A DNA stretch of 64,000 bases, taken from the NCBI GenBank assembly GCA_012270995.1, contig JAAXHG010000151.1:279-64278 (forward strand), in the 5' to 3' direction. Below the pieces are notes generated by a model that ran no database searches, was not told the DNA's origin, and saw only the letters and a list, made by a program, of their open reading frames with translations. The position numbers were made by a program, and so were the translations under genes. The stretch is from Vicinamibacteraceae bacterium (GTDB taxonomy: Bacteria; Acidobacteriota; Thermoanaerobaculia; Multivoradales; Multivoraceae). Below are positions 16,857 through 26,074 of this stretch, in pieces (within the stretch, counting starts at the first letter, position 1; every line of letters starts with the position of its first letter).

Positions 16857-18053
16857 ATGATGGAGAGGAGAGTCCTCCCACGACGGGTTGAGCGAGCGGT
16901 GAACGAGGCGCTTGCTCGGCAGGCGGCCGTGGGCCTCATCGGGCCTCGTCAGGTTGGCAAGACGACGCTGGCCTGGCGGATCGCCGAGAGCCGGGACGCT
17001 CTCTACCTCGACCTGGAGTCCAGCGCCGACCGGATCAAGCTCGGCGACCCGAACCTGTTCCTTGGCGAGTACGAGGACCGGCTCGTGGTGCTGGACGAGA
17101 TTCACCGGGCGCCGGAGCTCTTCCGCGACCTTCGTGGACTGATCGACCGGGGAAGGCGGCGGGGCAAACGCCACGGTCGCTTTCTGATTCTGGGGTCGGC
17201 GAGTATCGATCTGCTTCGGCAGTCCGGCGAGAGTCTTGCCGGGAGGATCGAGTACGTCGAGCTCGGACCGGTGGACGTTCTGGAGATCGCCGCCGAGGCC
17301 CCGCCTCTGACCTCGTTGTGGTTGCGCGGGGGATTCCCGGACAGCCTCCTCGCCGACAGCGACGCGGAGAGTCTGGCGCTGCGACAGAGCTTCGTGCGCA
17401 CGTACCTGCATCGGGACGTGTTCGATCTGACCGGGAGGCGTTTGCCGGCCGAGACGTTGGAACGTCTGTGGACGATGCTCGCGCACGGCCAGGGTACGGT
17501 TCTGAATGCGTCGAAACTGGCTGCGAGCCTGGCCGTCAGCGCACCCACGGTGTCGACCTACGTCGATCTCCTGGTCGATCTGATGCTCGTGCGGCGGTTG
17601 CCGCCGGTTCGGGCGAACGTCGGCAAGCGCTTGGTCAAGTCGCCCAGGGTCTACGTCAGGGACAGCGGCCTGGTGCATGCTCTGCTCGGCATCGCCGACT
17701 ACAACGCGCTGGCCGGGCACCCCGTCGCGGGCGCGAGCTGGGAGGGCTTCGTCGTGGAGAATCTCCTCGGGGCGGCGCCGCAAGGCGCCCGGGCTGGTTT
17801 CTACCGCACCCGCTCCGGCGCCGAGATCGACCTCGTCCTTGAGCTGCCCGGCGAGCAGCGGCCATGGGCCATCGAGATCAAGCGCGCGTCGGCGCCGCGG
17901 CCGAGTCGGGGCCTCCACCACGCGCGGGAGGACGTGAAGGCTGACCGCACCTACATCGTCGTCGGCGGCGCGGAGCGCTATCCGGTGGCGAGGGGGATTG
18001 AGGTCATCGGTCTCGCCGACCTGACTCGTCTCCTGGCCCGCGAGCGGCCGTAG
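16857..18053 (+). CDS. AAA_14 ATPase with DUF4143 (PD-D/ExK-like) C-terminus
   Basis: GPRQVGKTTL, VLDEIH, ILGSAS, ESLAGR, GGFP, KSPRVY, EIDLVL..IEIK. Confidence 0.9.
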   Translation: MMERRVLPRRVERAVNEALARQAAVGLIGPRQVGKTTLAWRIAESRDALYLDLESSADRIKLGDPNLFLGEYEDRLVVLDEIHRAPELFRDLRGLIDRGRRRGKRHGRFLILGSASIDLLRQSGESLAGRIEYVELGPVDVLEIAAEAPPLTSLWLRGGFPDSLLADSDAESLALRQSFVRTYLHRDVFDLTGRRLPAETLERLWTMLAHGQGTVLNASKLAASLAVSAPTVSTYVDLLVDLMLVRRLPPVRANVGKRLVKSPRVYVRDSGLVHALLGIADYNALAGHPVAGASWEGFVVENLLGAAPQGARAGFYRTRSGAEIDLVLELPGEQRPWAIEIKRASAPRPSRGLHHAREDVKADRTYIVVGGAERYPVARGIEVIGLADLTRLLARERP

Positions 18054-18093
18054 GTGGTCGATGCGGCAACGGCGGCGTGACTCAGGCCGAAGC

Positions 18094-18402
18094 ATGACCC
18101 GCGCACCAGTAAGCCCGGAGACACTGCGCTGGGCCCGTGAGCGTCGGCCCGGCGAGATCTTCGAGATTTTCGGACCGTGACGGGCGGCGCGCTCGCCGCC
18201 AGCTATCTGAGGAAGGCGTTTGCGGCGGAGAGGGTGGATGGACTACTTGGCGGTCCCGAGGCCGGTCGACGCGATCCTGTTCGCGAGGCCGAATTCGGCG
18301 ATTGGCGGCGAGCTCTTGAGTGACGGCTAGAAGGAGAGCGTCCGAACGGCTTTCCTGGAGTTCCTGATCGAGCTTCACCAGGCTGCGACTGTCGATCGCT
18401 GA
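18094..18402 (+). pseudogene. Mosaic of collapsed ImmA/IrrE, MNT, HEPN and NYN fragments
   Basis: MTRAPVSPETLRWARE (ImmA start) fused to RPGEIFEIFGP* (MNT end); GTG TGGALAASYL (HEPN start); MDYLAV + PRPVDAILFAR...VRTAFLEFLIELH (NYN start + C-terminal repeat). Confidence 0.8.
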
Positions 18403-18435
18403 CCGGCGCTGCCCGTGTTCGGCGCGACATAGGGC

Positions 18436-19068
18436 TCACCGGATCTCGACGTAGCGGGCGAGCCGCTCCACCTCGTCGTCGTCGACGTACTTTCCGATTT
18501 CGCGACGGAATTGGGACATCGCTTCGTAGGGACGGTACTCCTCGAACTCGTGACGCATGCGGCGGCCGACGCCGGGGATGCTCAGAATGTCCTCGCCGGA
18601 GGCGGTGTTCAGATCGATGCGGACGTAGACGTACTGGGCGAGTCGCGCCACTTCGTCGTCGTCGACGTACTTGCCGATCTCGCGGTGGAACTGGGCCAGC
18701 GCAGTGTAGGGACGGTACTCCTCGAACTCGTGGGTCATGCGGCGCCCGACCCCGGGGATGAGCCCGATTTCCTCGGAGGTCGCCTCGTTCAGGTCGATGG
18801 GGACCCAGATCGCGCCGTAGACGGCGTCGTACTGGTCTTCGGCCACGTGGGCGGAGACGACGGCGTGAAGGTCGGCGGCCTGCAGGAAGGGGCGGCCGTC
18901 CACGATGGCGGCGACCGCGTCTCCGTCGAGCCCGTCGACTGCGGAGAGTTCTTCCTCGCTGGCGAGGTTTGGGTTCAGCAGTCCGTTGTTCGCGCCGACC
19001 TGAGCGGCGGCGGGGATTCCGAGAGAGAACAGGACCGCGGTAGCCCAGATTAGGTTGCGTCGATTCAT
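18436..19068 (-). CDS. Exported ComEA-like helix-hairpin-helix repeat protein
   Basis: Signal peptide; three IDLN.A..E.I..IPGVG-type HhH units. Confidence 0.8.
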   Translation of the reverse strand: MNRRNLIWATAVLFSLGIPAAAQVGANNGLLNPNLASEEELSAVDGLDGDAVAAIVDGRPFLQAADLHAVVSAHVAEDQYDAVYGAIWVPIDLNEATSEEIGLIPGVGRRMTHEFEEYRPYTALAQFHREIGKYVDDDEVARLAQYVYVRIDLNTASGEDILSIPGVGRRMRHEFEEYRPYEAMSQFRREIGKYVDDDEVERLARYVEIR

Positions 19069-19193
19069 CGGCTGATCCTGAGTTGGGGTTGAGAGTGAGG
19101 GGGAGGCGGCGACCGCAGGGTCAATCGTGTGTAGCCGGGAGCACAGACGTCCAGCATGGCGAAGACGCTCCGGAGCTGGAGCTGCGCCACGAA

Positions 19194-19682
19194 TCAGGCG
19201 GCTTCGGGTAGTCCGGCGAGGACCAGCTCGGATGGCTTGGGGTTGTTGGTGGGTGCGGTCTCGACGAACAACGTGACGCTATGGCGAAGGGCGGGATTCG
19301 GTCGCACCGGGAGTTCGGACTGGACCAGGCCGGCTGCGACCTTCTTTCTCGCCGCGTCGAACGCGTGAGCGGCCCAGGCGTCCGTGTCCTTGAAGAACCC
19401 GGAGACCTTCCGCTCGAACACGTCGAAGTCGGGCGCGTCCGCAGCGATGTCGTAGAGCGCGAGTTCCGTGTTCGTTTTCAGGTCGAGGTAGGCCTCGATC
19501 AGGGTGTCGCCCACGCCGGCGACGCCGCCCGGCTTCAGGCCGTGCGCGAGGAAGCCGTCCTCCTCCTCGGTGACCACGGCGCCCCCACGAAACTCGACGC
19601 CGGCGGCGAAGCCCGGGCCTTGTACGGGGATCTGTAATCGGAACACGATCGGGTAGACCGTGTCCGGCATGGGATCGATCAT
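19194..19682 (-). CDS. Hypothetical protein, HicB-like antitoxin fold suspected
   Basis: EEEDGFLAHGLKPGGVAGVGDTLIEAYLDL resembles HicB N-domain. Confidence 0.5.
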   Translation of the reverse strand: MIDPMPDTVYPIVFRLQIPVQGPGFAAGVEFRGGAVVTEEEDGFLAHGLKPGGVAGVGDTLIEAYLDLKTNTELALYDIAADAPDFDVFERKVSGFFKDTDAWAAHAFDAARKKVAAGLVQSELPVRPNPALRHSVTLFVETAPTNNPKPSELVLAGLPEAA

Positions 19683-19722
19683 GTCGGTCTCGCTCTTCGA
19701 CGTGGGAGGCGGGAAGGTTGGA

Positions 19723-20148
19723 TCAGCGGCTTTCCCGGCCGGCAGCCGGGTGCTGGAGGGCGACGAGTATACCGAGCAGACCCAGCATGGTCATCGCTCC
19801 CGGCGCCAGGGTCGGCATGGCGCCGCCCAGACTCTCCGTGATGAGCTCGAGCCCGCCGGAGTTCGGGTGCAGCTCCTGCTCGAACTCGACGTTCGACTGG
19901 AAGTGGAAGTAGACGCCCAACAGTCCGGCGGGCACGTAGGCCGCCAGCAGGATGCGGAACGTCCGGACTGCGGTGCGGGACGGACGCGCGGCCAGCCACA
20001 CCCCCACAGTCGTGCCGGCGACGATGAGCACCAACGGGATCCACTGCCGCCAGTCTTCGTAGTGGTCCAGCAGATACAACTCCGCCAGTAGCCCCACCGC
20101 TCCGAAGAGCAGGATGTACAGCAGGTACCGCCGCCAGGCCTCGATCAC
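19723..20148 (-). CDS. Hypothetical 4-TM membrane protein
   Basis: Hydrophobic helices; overlaps ADH stop codon. Confidence 0.75.
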   Translation of the reverse strand: MIEAWRRYLLYILLFGAVGLLAELYLLDHYEDWRQWIPLVLIVAGTTVGVWLAARPSRTAVRTFRILLAAYVPAGLLGVYFHFQSNVEFEQELHPNSGGLELITESLGGAMPTLAPGAMTMLGLLGILVALQHPAAGRESR

Positions 20149-22310
20149 GGGGCCTGAGAGCCCTGCTCGTCGGCGAGCATGTTGCGGCGGTAGAGCACGT
20201 AGGCCTTGATCAGGGCGACGTCGTCGCGGGCGAGGACGGGGGCGAAGCTGGGCATGCCGAGGTCGACGAGGGCGCCTTCAAGCAAGGCTGCCTCGTAGGA
20301 GTTGAAGACGCGCTGTGACGATTGCCGCAGGTCCGGTGTGACGCCGCCGGAGACGGCGCCGTAGCCGTGGCAGACGAGGCAGTACTGGTTGAACAGCCGG
20401 CGTCCGGCGTCGATGTCCTCCGCCTCTGCGCCGTGGTCTATGCGGGTGACCCGGATCTCGCGGCGTTCCTGTCGCTCGATCGGCCTGCCGGTGGCGCCGA
20501 GGGCGTAGACGACGATCCGGCCTTCGGACTCGACGGCTTGCCGGGCCGAGCGGCTGCCGACGATGCCGAAGGCGCCGCCCCAGCCGGACATCACCGCGAT
20601 GTACTGGGTGCCGCCGGACTCGAAGGTGATCGGCGGCGCGATGACGCCGCTGCCGGTGTAGCTCTCCCAGAGCTTCTCACCGTCGTCGGCGCGGTACGCG
20701 GTCAACTGGCCGAAGGGGGTGCCCTGGAAGACAAGGTTGCCGGCGGTGGCCAGCGTGCCGCCCGACCAGGGCATCGTGTACTGGGCCCGCCAGACCTCGC
20801 GCTGCGCGACGGGATCCCAGGCCAGCAGGTGGCCGGAGAGCAGGGCCGGCGGCGCGTCCTCGGCCAGCATCTGGCCTGAGAGGCCGGTGGCGTCGACGAT
20901 TGCCTGCGGAATGTCCTCGGGAGACGCCGCGCGCACTCCCAGGTTCCACTGCCCCGGGGTGTACTCGTAGTTGGGATCCGGGACGTAGAAGTTCCCCATC
21001 TCCATCGCCGGGATGTAGACGAGGCCGGTCTTCGGGCTGAAAGCCATCGGGTGCCAGTTGTGGCCGCCGAGCGGCCCCGGCATTACGTTGACGGTCTGGT
21101 CGGTGTAGCGCGCTCCCGCGAGCTCGACCGGCCGGCCGCTCGCCAGATCGACATGGCTGGCCCAGGTGACGGTGACGAACTCCTCGGCCGAGATCAGTTC
21201 GCCGGTGCGGCGATCGAGGACGTAGAAGAAGCCGTTCTTCGGCGCCTGCATGAGAACCTGGCGGACGCGGCCGCCGATCGGCAGCTCGGCGAGCATGATC
21301 GGCTGCGTGGCGGTGTAGTCCCAGGTGTCGCCGGGCGTCGTCTGGTAGTGCCAGACGTACTCGCCGGTGTCGGGGCGGACCGCCACGATGGAGGACAGGA
21401 AGAGGTTGTCGCCGCCGCCGGGGCTACGCAGATTGCGGTCCCAGGGCGCGCCGTTGCCGACGCCGAGGTACAGCAGGTCGAGTTCCGGGTCGTAGACGAT
21501 GGAATCCCAGACCGTGCCGCCGCCGCCTCCCGTCCACCACTCGCCGGTCCAGGTCTCGGCGGCCATTCGCATCGCCTCGTTCTCGAAGCCGTCCGCCGGG
21601 TTGCCGGGCACGGTGTAGAAGCGCCAGGCGCGCTCGCCGGTCTCCGCGTCGTAGGCGTCGACGTAGCCGCGCACGCCGTACTCGGCGCCGCTGTTGCCGA
21701 TGATCACCTTGCCCCTGGCGATCCGGGGCGCGCCGGTGATCGTGTACATCGAGTCCTCGGGCACGGTCATCGCCGACCAGGCGAGTTCTCCGGTCTCGGC
21801 GTCGATGGCGATCAGACGGCCGTCGAGCGTGGCGGAGATCACCTTGCCGCGGTACAGGGCGGCGCCGCGGTTGACCGCATCGCAGCAGGTCTTGTTCGCG
21901 ATCGAGCGCGAAACTTCCGGGTCGTAGGTCCACAGCGGTTCGCCGGTCACCGCGTCGAGGGCGTAGATCACGTTCCAGGCGCCGGTCGCGTACATCACGC
22001 CGTCGACGATCAGCGGGGTGGCCTCGAGGCCGCGCTTCGTGTTCGTCTCCTGGACCCAGGCGATGCCGAGCTGATCCACATTGCCGTCGTTGATCTGGTC
22101 CAGGACGCTGTAGCGCTGCTCCTTGTAGGTGCCCCCGTAGGTCAGCCAGTCGCCGGTGCGTCCGGCGGCGCCGATCAGAGCGGCGTCGTCGACCGCGTAG
22201 GCGGCCTCTGCCCGGCGGGGCGGCGGTTGGGCGACTGTAGCGGCGGTCAGGAATAACGACGCCGTAACCGCGCCCAGCGTCTGGACGCTAGAGGTACGTG
22301 AAGATCTCAT
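20145..22310 (-). CDS. PQQ-dependent quinohaemoprotein alcohol dehydrogenase (type II)
   Basis: Signal peptide, vicinal CC (TCCDAVNRG), W-docking repeats, WDYTA, QAPKNGF, C-terminal CLVCH heme c. Confidence 0.92.
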   Translation of the reverse strand: MRSSRTSSVQTLGAVTASLFLTAATVAQPPPRRAEAAYAVDDAALIGAAGRTGDWLTYGGTYKEQRYSVLDQINDGNVDQLGIAWVQETNTKRGLEATPLIVDGVMYATGAWNVIYALDAVTGEPLWTYDPEVSRSIANKTCCDAVNRGAALYRGKVISATLDGRLIAIDAETGELAWSAMTVPEDSMYTITGAPRIARGKVIIGNSGAEYGVRGYVDAYDAETGERAWRFYTVPGNPADGFENEAMRMAAETWTGEWWTGGGGGTVWDSIVYDPELDLLYLGVGNGAPWDRNLRSPGGGDNLFLSSIVAVRPDTGEYVWHYQTTPGDTWDYTATQPIMLAELPIGGRVRQVLMQAPKNGFFYVLDRRTGELISAEEFVTVTWASHVDLASGRPVELAGARYTDQTVNVMPGPLGGHNWHPMAFSPKTGLVYIPAMEMGNFYVPDPNYEYTPGQWNLGVRAASPEDIPQAIVDATGLSGQMLAEDAPPALLSGHLLAWDPVAQREVWRAQYTMPWSGGTLATAGNLVFQGTPFGQLTAYRADDGEKLWESYTGSGVIAPPITFESGGTQYIAVMSGWGGAFGIVGSRSARQAVESEGRIVVYALGATGRPIERQERREIRVTRIDHGAEAEDIDAGRRLFNQYCLVCHGYGAVSGGVTPDLRQSSQRVFNSYEAALLEGALVDLGMPSFAPVLARDDVALIKAYVLYRRNMLADEQGSQAP

Positions 22311-22478
22311 GGTTTGGATTCTCCTTGAGCCTGGGAGCGGGGGCATCCCGCCAGCATCCGGACGATCACGCTGCTGTCCCGGCTCGTCGTCTGGGTCCCC
22401 TGACGGCAGCGTAAGGGCGACGAGGACCGGTGGCGTACCGCCGCCGCCGCGACGGCGGTGACGAGGCCGGATGTGTGG

Positions 22479-22952
22479 TCAGGACAGGAGCCCGATCAGG
22501 CGGGCGTAGACCGAAACGCTGGTCCAGATGCCGATCGAGAGAAAGCCGACCACCTTTGGCCAATGCCCGAGCGTTCCCTCTTCCGCGAACGCGACCCGGC
22601 GGCGGATCGTGAAGTTGAAGAGCAGCCCGATGACGATGATCTGCATCTTCCACCAGAAGAAGGGGCTGTAGTACTGCTTGAGCGCCGTGGACAGGACCTG
22701 GGGCGCGCCGGTCACGAACAGGGCGACGAAGCTCCAGATCATCCAGCGGTCGGCCTCGCGGGCAAGCTCGTTGAGAGGCGTCTTGATCAGACCGCGGCCG
22801 AGCAGCCGGATGTCGACCAGCAGGACGGCCCCGGCGAACGCCACCAGCGCGACCAGGTGAGCGCACTGGATGATTGGCGACGCCCAGGTCGCCTCCAGCA
22901 TCCAGGCGCTGAAGGACAGGCCCTGCATCCACTCGAAGAAGGACTGCATCAT
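22479..22952 (-). CDS. DUF6644-like membrane protein
   Basis: H in TM1, DIRLLG, YYSPFFWWKM, SIGIW..V...R.I. Confidence 0.75.
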   Translation of the reverse strand: MMQSFFEWMQGLSFSAWMLEATWASPIIQCAHLVALVAFAGAVLLVDIRLLGRGLIKTPLNELAREADRWMIWSFVALFVTGAPQVLSTALKQYYSPFFWWKMQIIVIGLLFNFTIRRRVAFAEEGTLGHWPKVVGFLSIGIWTSVSVYARLIGLLS

Positions 22953-22973
22953 GGAAAGGTCCCCGCGGCCTCT

Positions 22974-23498
22974 TCAGGCGCCGATGTTCAGGTTGTTCCA
23001 CCACTGCGGCATCAGGCCGCTGTAGGCCATCATCCGTCCGGTCACCACGACGGCCGCCCACAACACCAGAGAGACGACGCCGGCGAGGCGGGCGTTCATC
23101 GGGATCTCCCGCCCCTCGTCCCACGCCTCCATCGACTTGGAGGTCGCGTAGTGGAACCAGAACATGTTGATGCCGGCGACCAGCATCAGCGCCATCTTGG
23201 CCCAGAAGTAGAAGTTGCCGTAGTAGCGCATCGGCTGGCTGTAGAGCAGCAGGCCGCCGGTGATCAGGTTGACGCCGTAGCCGGTCAGCGCCCACGGGAA
23301 CAGGCGGGTCGGAATCTCCGACACCAGCTCCTTCTTCAGCGTCAGCCCGACGAGGCGCATGTCCCAGTAGGCGATCAGGCCGGCGAACAGGCACATGCTG
23401 ACGACGTGAATCGTCAGCATGGTCGGGTACGCGTTCAGCGACTCCCGCAGCGCGATGCTGCTGGGAAGCGCGTCAACCCACTCGAAGAGGCTGCGCAT
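22974..23498 (-). CDS. DUF6644-like membrane protein (paralog)
   Basis: HVVS, DMRLVG, YYGNFYFWAKM, SLVLWAAVVVTGRMMAY. Confidence 0.78.
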   Translation of the reverse strand: MRSLFEWVDALPSSIALRESLNAYPTMLTIHVVSMCLFAGLIAYWDMRLVGLTLKKELVSEIPTRLFPWALTGYGVNLITGGLLLYSQPMRYYGNFYFWAKMALMLVAGINMFWFHYATSKSMEAWDEGREIPMNARLAGVVSLVLWAAVVVTGRMMAYSGLMPQWWNNLNIGA

Positions 23499-23546
23499 GA
23501 AGGTCCGTGGGTACTCGCGAGCCGGAAATTGCGTCGCCGAGGAAAA

Positions 23547-24071
23547 CTACTTGCAGCGGAGCGATTCCGGGTAGCGGCGATAGATCGCGTGGCAATCTTC
23601 GCACGCGCCGGCGAGATCGTTCGTCAGCTCGCTGACCGTGTCGCGGTCCTCTTCGCGCGCCGCGGCGTAGATCTTCTTCGCGACCTCCGTCAACTGCTTC
23701 GCGTATTTCCGGTAGTCCTCGGCGCCCACCGGCGCCGGCGTGCCGTTCTGGCACATGCGGTCCGGCTTCACGATCAGCGGTTCGACCTCGGCCAGGGCCA
23801 GGGCCGCCTGCTGCGGAACCTGCCAGCCGGTGTAGATCCCGGAGAAGAGGGAGGAGACGGTGCCGTCACCCTCTTCGGCCGGGTCCGGCGGGCGCCCAGG
23901 GTCGGTCATCTGTACGTCGAACAGGAAGTTCGAGTTCGGGAACAGGATGGCGCGCATCAACTCGGCGAGATTGCCGACCGGCTCCTCGTGCTCGGAGGCG
24001 TTGATCGGCGTCGCGGCGATCGCCGCGCAGGCCGCGAGAACAACGGCGGCCGTCAGGTTCTTCGAGCGCAT
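23547..24071 (-). CDS. Exported class II cytochrome c (c'-like)
   Basis: Signal peptide; helical; C-terminal CEDCH. Confidence 0.8.
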   Translation of the reverse strand: MRSKNLTAAVVLAACAAIAATPINASEHEEPVGNLAELMRAILFPNSNFLFDVQMTDPGRPPDPAEEGDGTVSSLFSGIYTGWQVPQQAALALAEVEPLIVKPDRMCQNGTPAPVGAEDYRKYAKQLTEVAKKIYAAAREEDRDTVSELTNDLAGACEDCHAIYRRYPESLRCK

Positions 24072-24271
24072 ATCCGGGATCTCCTTCGCCTCGGGGGCAT
24101 TGACGGGTGGCGTCTGCGGTGCCGGCGCCGCGTTAGTGTAACCCAGAGCCCGGCGAGCCCGCGCTGACGGAGCGCAGGTTCGCGCCGCGCCCGGCGGCAG
24201 CTCCTTCGCCGCCGGCGGCCGCGGGGGCACCCTGAAGCCGGGCCGGCCGCGAGCCGGCTTCTCCTGGGATT

Positions 24272-24772
24272 CTAATCGCTCGATCCCTCCTCCGGGGCAC
24301 TCCTGAGGGGTTCAGCCGACGCCGTCGTTGCGATCAGCCACTGCATCTCGAGCCCCGCGGTGCGGTGGATCGCGAACTCGGCGACCCGGGGATCGCCGAC
24401 GATGCGCAGGAACTCCGCACGCGAGGGGTACTCGACCAGGGCCACCTGGTGGAAGTACTCGTCGGTGTCGCCGATGACCATCGAGTCGACCCGACCGGAC
24501 CAGATCAGCCGGGCGCCCTGGGAGGTGACCCACTGGATCATCTGGGCGCCGTACTTTCCGTAGGCCTCCTGGCCGGACAGGCCCTCGTCGGGAGCGTCGG
24601 CCTCCTTCTTGAACCGCAGCAGGTTGACCATGACGACCGGGCCCTCGGCCGGCCCCTTCAGGAGTTCCTCGATCTGTTCGGGTTCGGGTGCGATCTGGGC
24701 CATGGCGCCTCCAGCGGCCAGCACGGCTGCGGCGAAAGTGATGAACGTAGCGGCGAAAACGGGTCGGATCAT
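24272..24772 (-). CDS. DUF1330 domain protein
   Basis: PVVMVNLLRF, VALVEYPSR, HRTAGLE. Confidence 0.8.
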   Translation of the reverse strand: MIRPVFAATFITFAAAVLAAGGAMAQIAPEPEQIEELLKGPAEGPVVMVNLLRFKKEADAPDEGLSGQEAYGKYGAQMIQWVTSQGARLIWSGRVDSMVIGDTDEYFHQVALVEYPSRAEFLRIVGDPRVAEFAIHRTAGLEMQWLIATTASAEPLRSAPEEGSSD

Positions 24773-24796
24773 GACAGGCTCCTCTCTGGTGGGAAG

Positions 24797-26065
24797 TCAG
24801 GCGGGCGAGCTGACCGCCATGGGTTGGAACTTCATGTAGGTGAGCGACCGCCACAGCCACTCCAGCGGTCCGAAGCGGAAGCGGGCCAGCCACCACGGCG
24901 ACCAGGTGAGTTGCAGAACCCAGATCGCGACCACGATGCCGGCCTGCCCCAGGCGGCTCACCTGCTCGTACAGGCCGAGGCCGTGGCCGTAGAAGATGAG
25001 CGTGCAGATGACGCTCTGGCTGATGTAGTTCGTGAAGGCCATCCTGCCGGCGGCCTGAAGTCGCCGCTGCAAGGCTGGGAGCCAGCCGTTCTGGACGGCG
25101 AGCATGACCAGGCCGACGTAGCCGAGGAAAACGCCGATCGAGCCGACGTAGTTGAACGTCTGCCCCTGGAACATCGAGTGCTCGAAGGCGAAGTCGTGCC
25201 GAGTGTTGTACAAGACGCCGAGCAGGACGACCGGCAGGCCCAGAGCGAAGCCCAGGGAGGCCATGCGCCGATAGAAGGCCGGTGAACTCCGGGCCGAAAG
25301 CACGCCGAGTTTGTAGAGCCCCATGCCGACCAGCATCAACCCGCCGCTGCGCCAGAGAAACACCATCAGGAAGACGAAGGTCTCCAGTTCGAGCGCGGCG
25401 ATGCTGCGCGCGGGAAGCTGGGTGGCCCAGCCCGACTGGTAGGTCGCGGTTTCCGCTTCGACTTCGGCCGCCGGCGGCGTCCAGCCGGCGCCGAGGGCGG
25501 CGCGCGCATCGGGCGGCATGTTCGGAACGGCCGCCGCGATCGACAGGAAGAGGACGGGCGTGACCGCGGTCATTGCGAACCCGCCGACCAGCAGCCGGCT
25601 CGGCCGCAGGTTGCGCAGGCTGTAGAGCAGGAAGCCGCACAGCGCGTACGGCACGAGGATGTCCCCGTACCAGATCAAGTGGGCGTGCGCGAGACCGAGC
25701 AGGAGGAGCCAGAGCTGACGGCGGTAGTGGACCCCGGTGGCCGGGACGCCGCGCGCGGCGGCTCGCTCGCTCATGAGGGCCATGCCGGCGCCGAACAGGG
25801 TCGAGAAGATCGACATGAACTTCATGTCGAAGAAGACGTGGCTTACGAACCAGACCCAGACGCCGGAACCCGCCAGCTTGTCGTTTGCGACCGGGTTCAG
25901 GTACGCGGCCGTGACCATGGAGTAGCTCTGCACGTTCATCGCCAGGATGCCCAGCACGGCAAAGCCGCGCAGGACATCGATGGCCGCGACCCGCTCGGCG
26001 GCCCTGACCGGGGAACCGGCGGCCGGTCGAGCGACCGCCTCCCTCGCGGGGCCCGTAGCCGTCAT
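24797..26065 (-). CDS. DUF418 (YeiB-like) membrane protein
   Basis: IDVLRGFAVLGIL, FSTLFG, GDILVPY, GRMAFTNY, GPLEWLWR. Confidence 0.9.
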   Translation of the reverse strand: MTATGPAREAVARPAAGSPVRAAERVAAIDVLRGFAVLGILAMNVQSYSMVTAAYLNPVANDKLAGSGVWVWFVSHVFFDMKFMSIFSTLFGAGMALMSERAAARGVPATGVHYRRQLWLLLLGLAHAHLIWYGDILVPYALCGFLLYSLRNLRPSRLLVGGFAMTAVTPVLFLSIAAAVPNMPPDARAALGAGWTPPAAEVEAETATYQSGWATQLPARSIAALELETFVFLMVFLWRSGGLMLVGMGLYKLGVLSARSSPAFYRRMASLGFALGLPVVLLGVLYNTRHDFAFEHSMFQGQTFNYVGSIGVFLGYVGLVMLAVQNGWLPALQRRLQAAGRMAFTNYISQSVICTLIFYGHGLGLYEQVSRLGQAGIVVAIWVLQLTWSPWWLARFRFGPLEWLWRSLTYMKFQPMAVSSPA

Positions 26066-26074
26066 TCCCGCCCC

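Noticed and set aside
4065-18430. Integron cassette array
   Set aside because: No intI and no recurring attC-like palindromes; spacers are gene remnants instead
20145-22310. Lanthanide-dependent dehydrogenase
   Set aside because: Lacks the extra Asp (WDYTA, not WDYD)
24143-24268. Multi-hairpin intergenic region as a riboswitch
   Set aside because: Extremely GC-rich, no recognisable aptamer motif, and apparently upstream of the likely -10 (TACACT)
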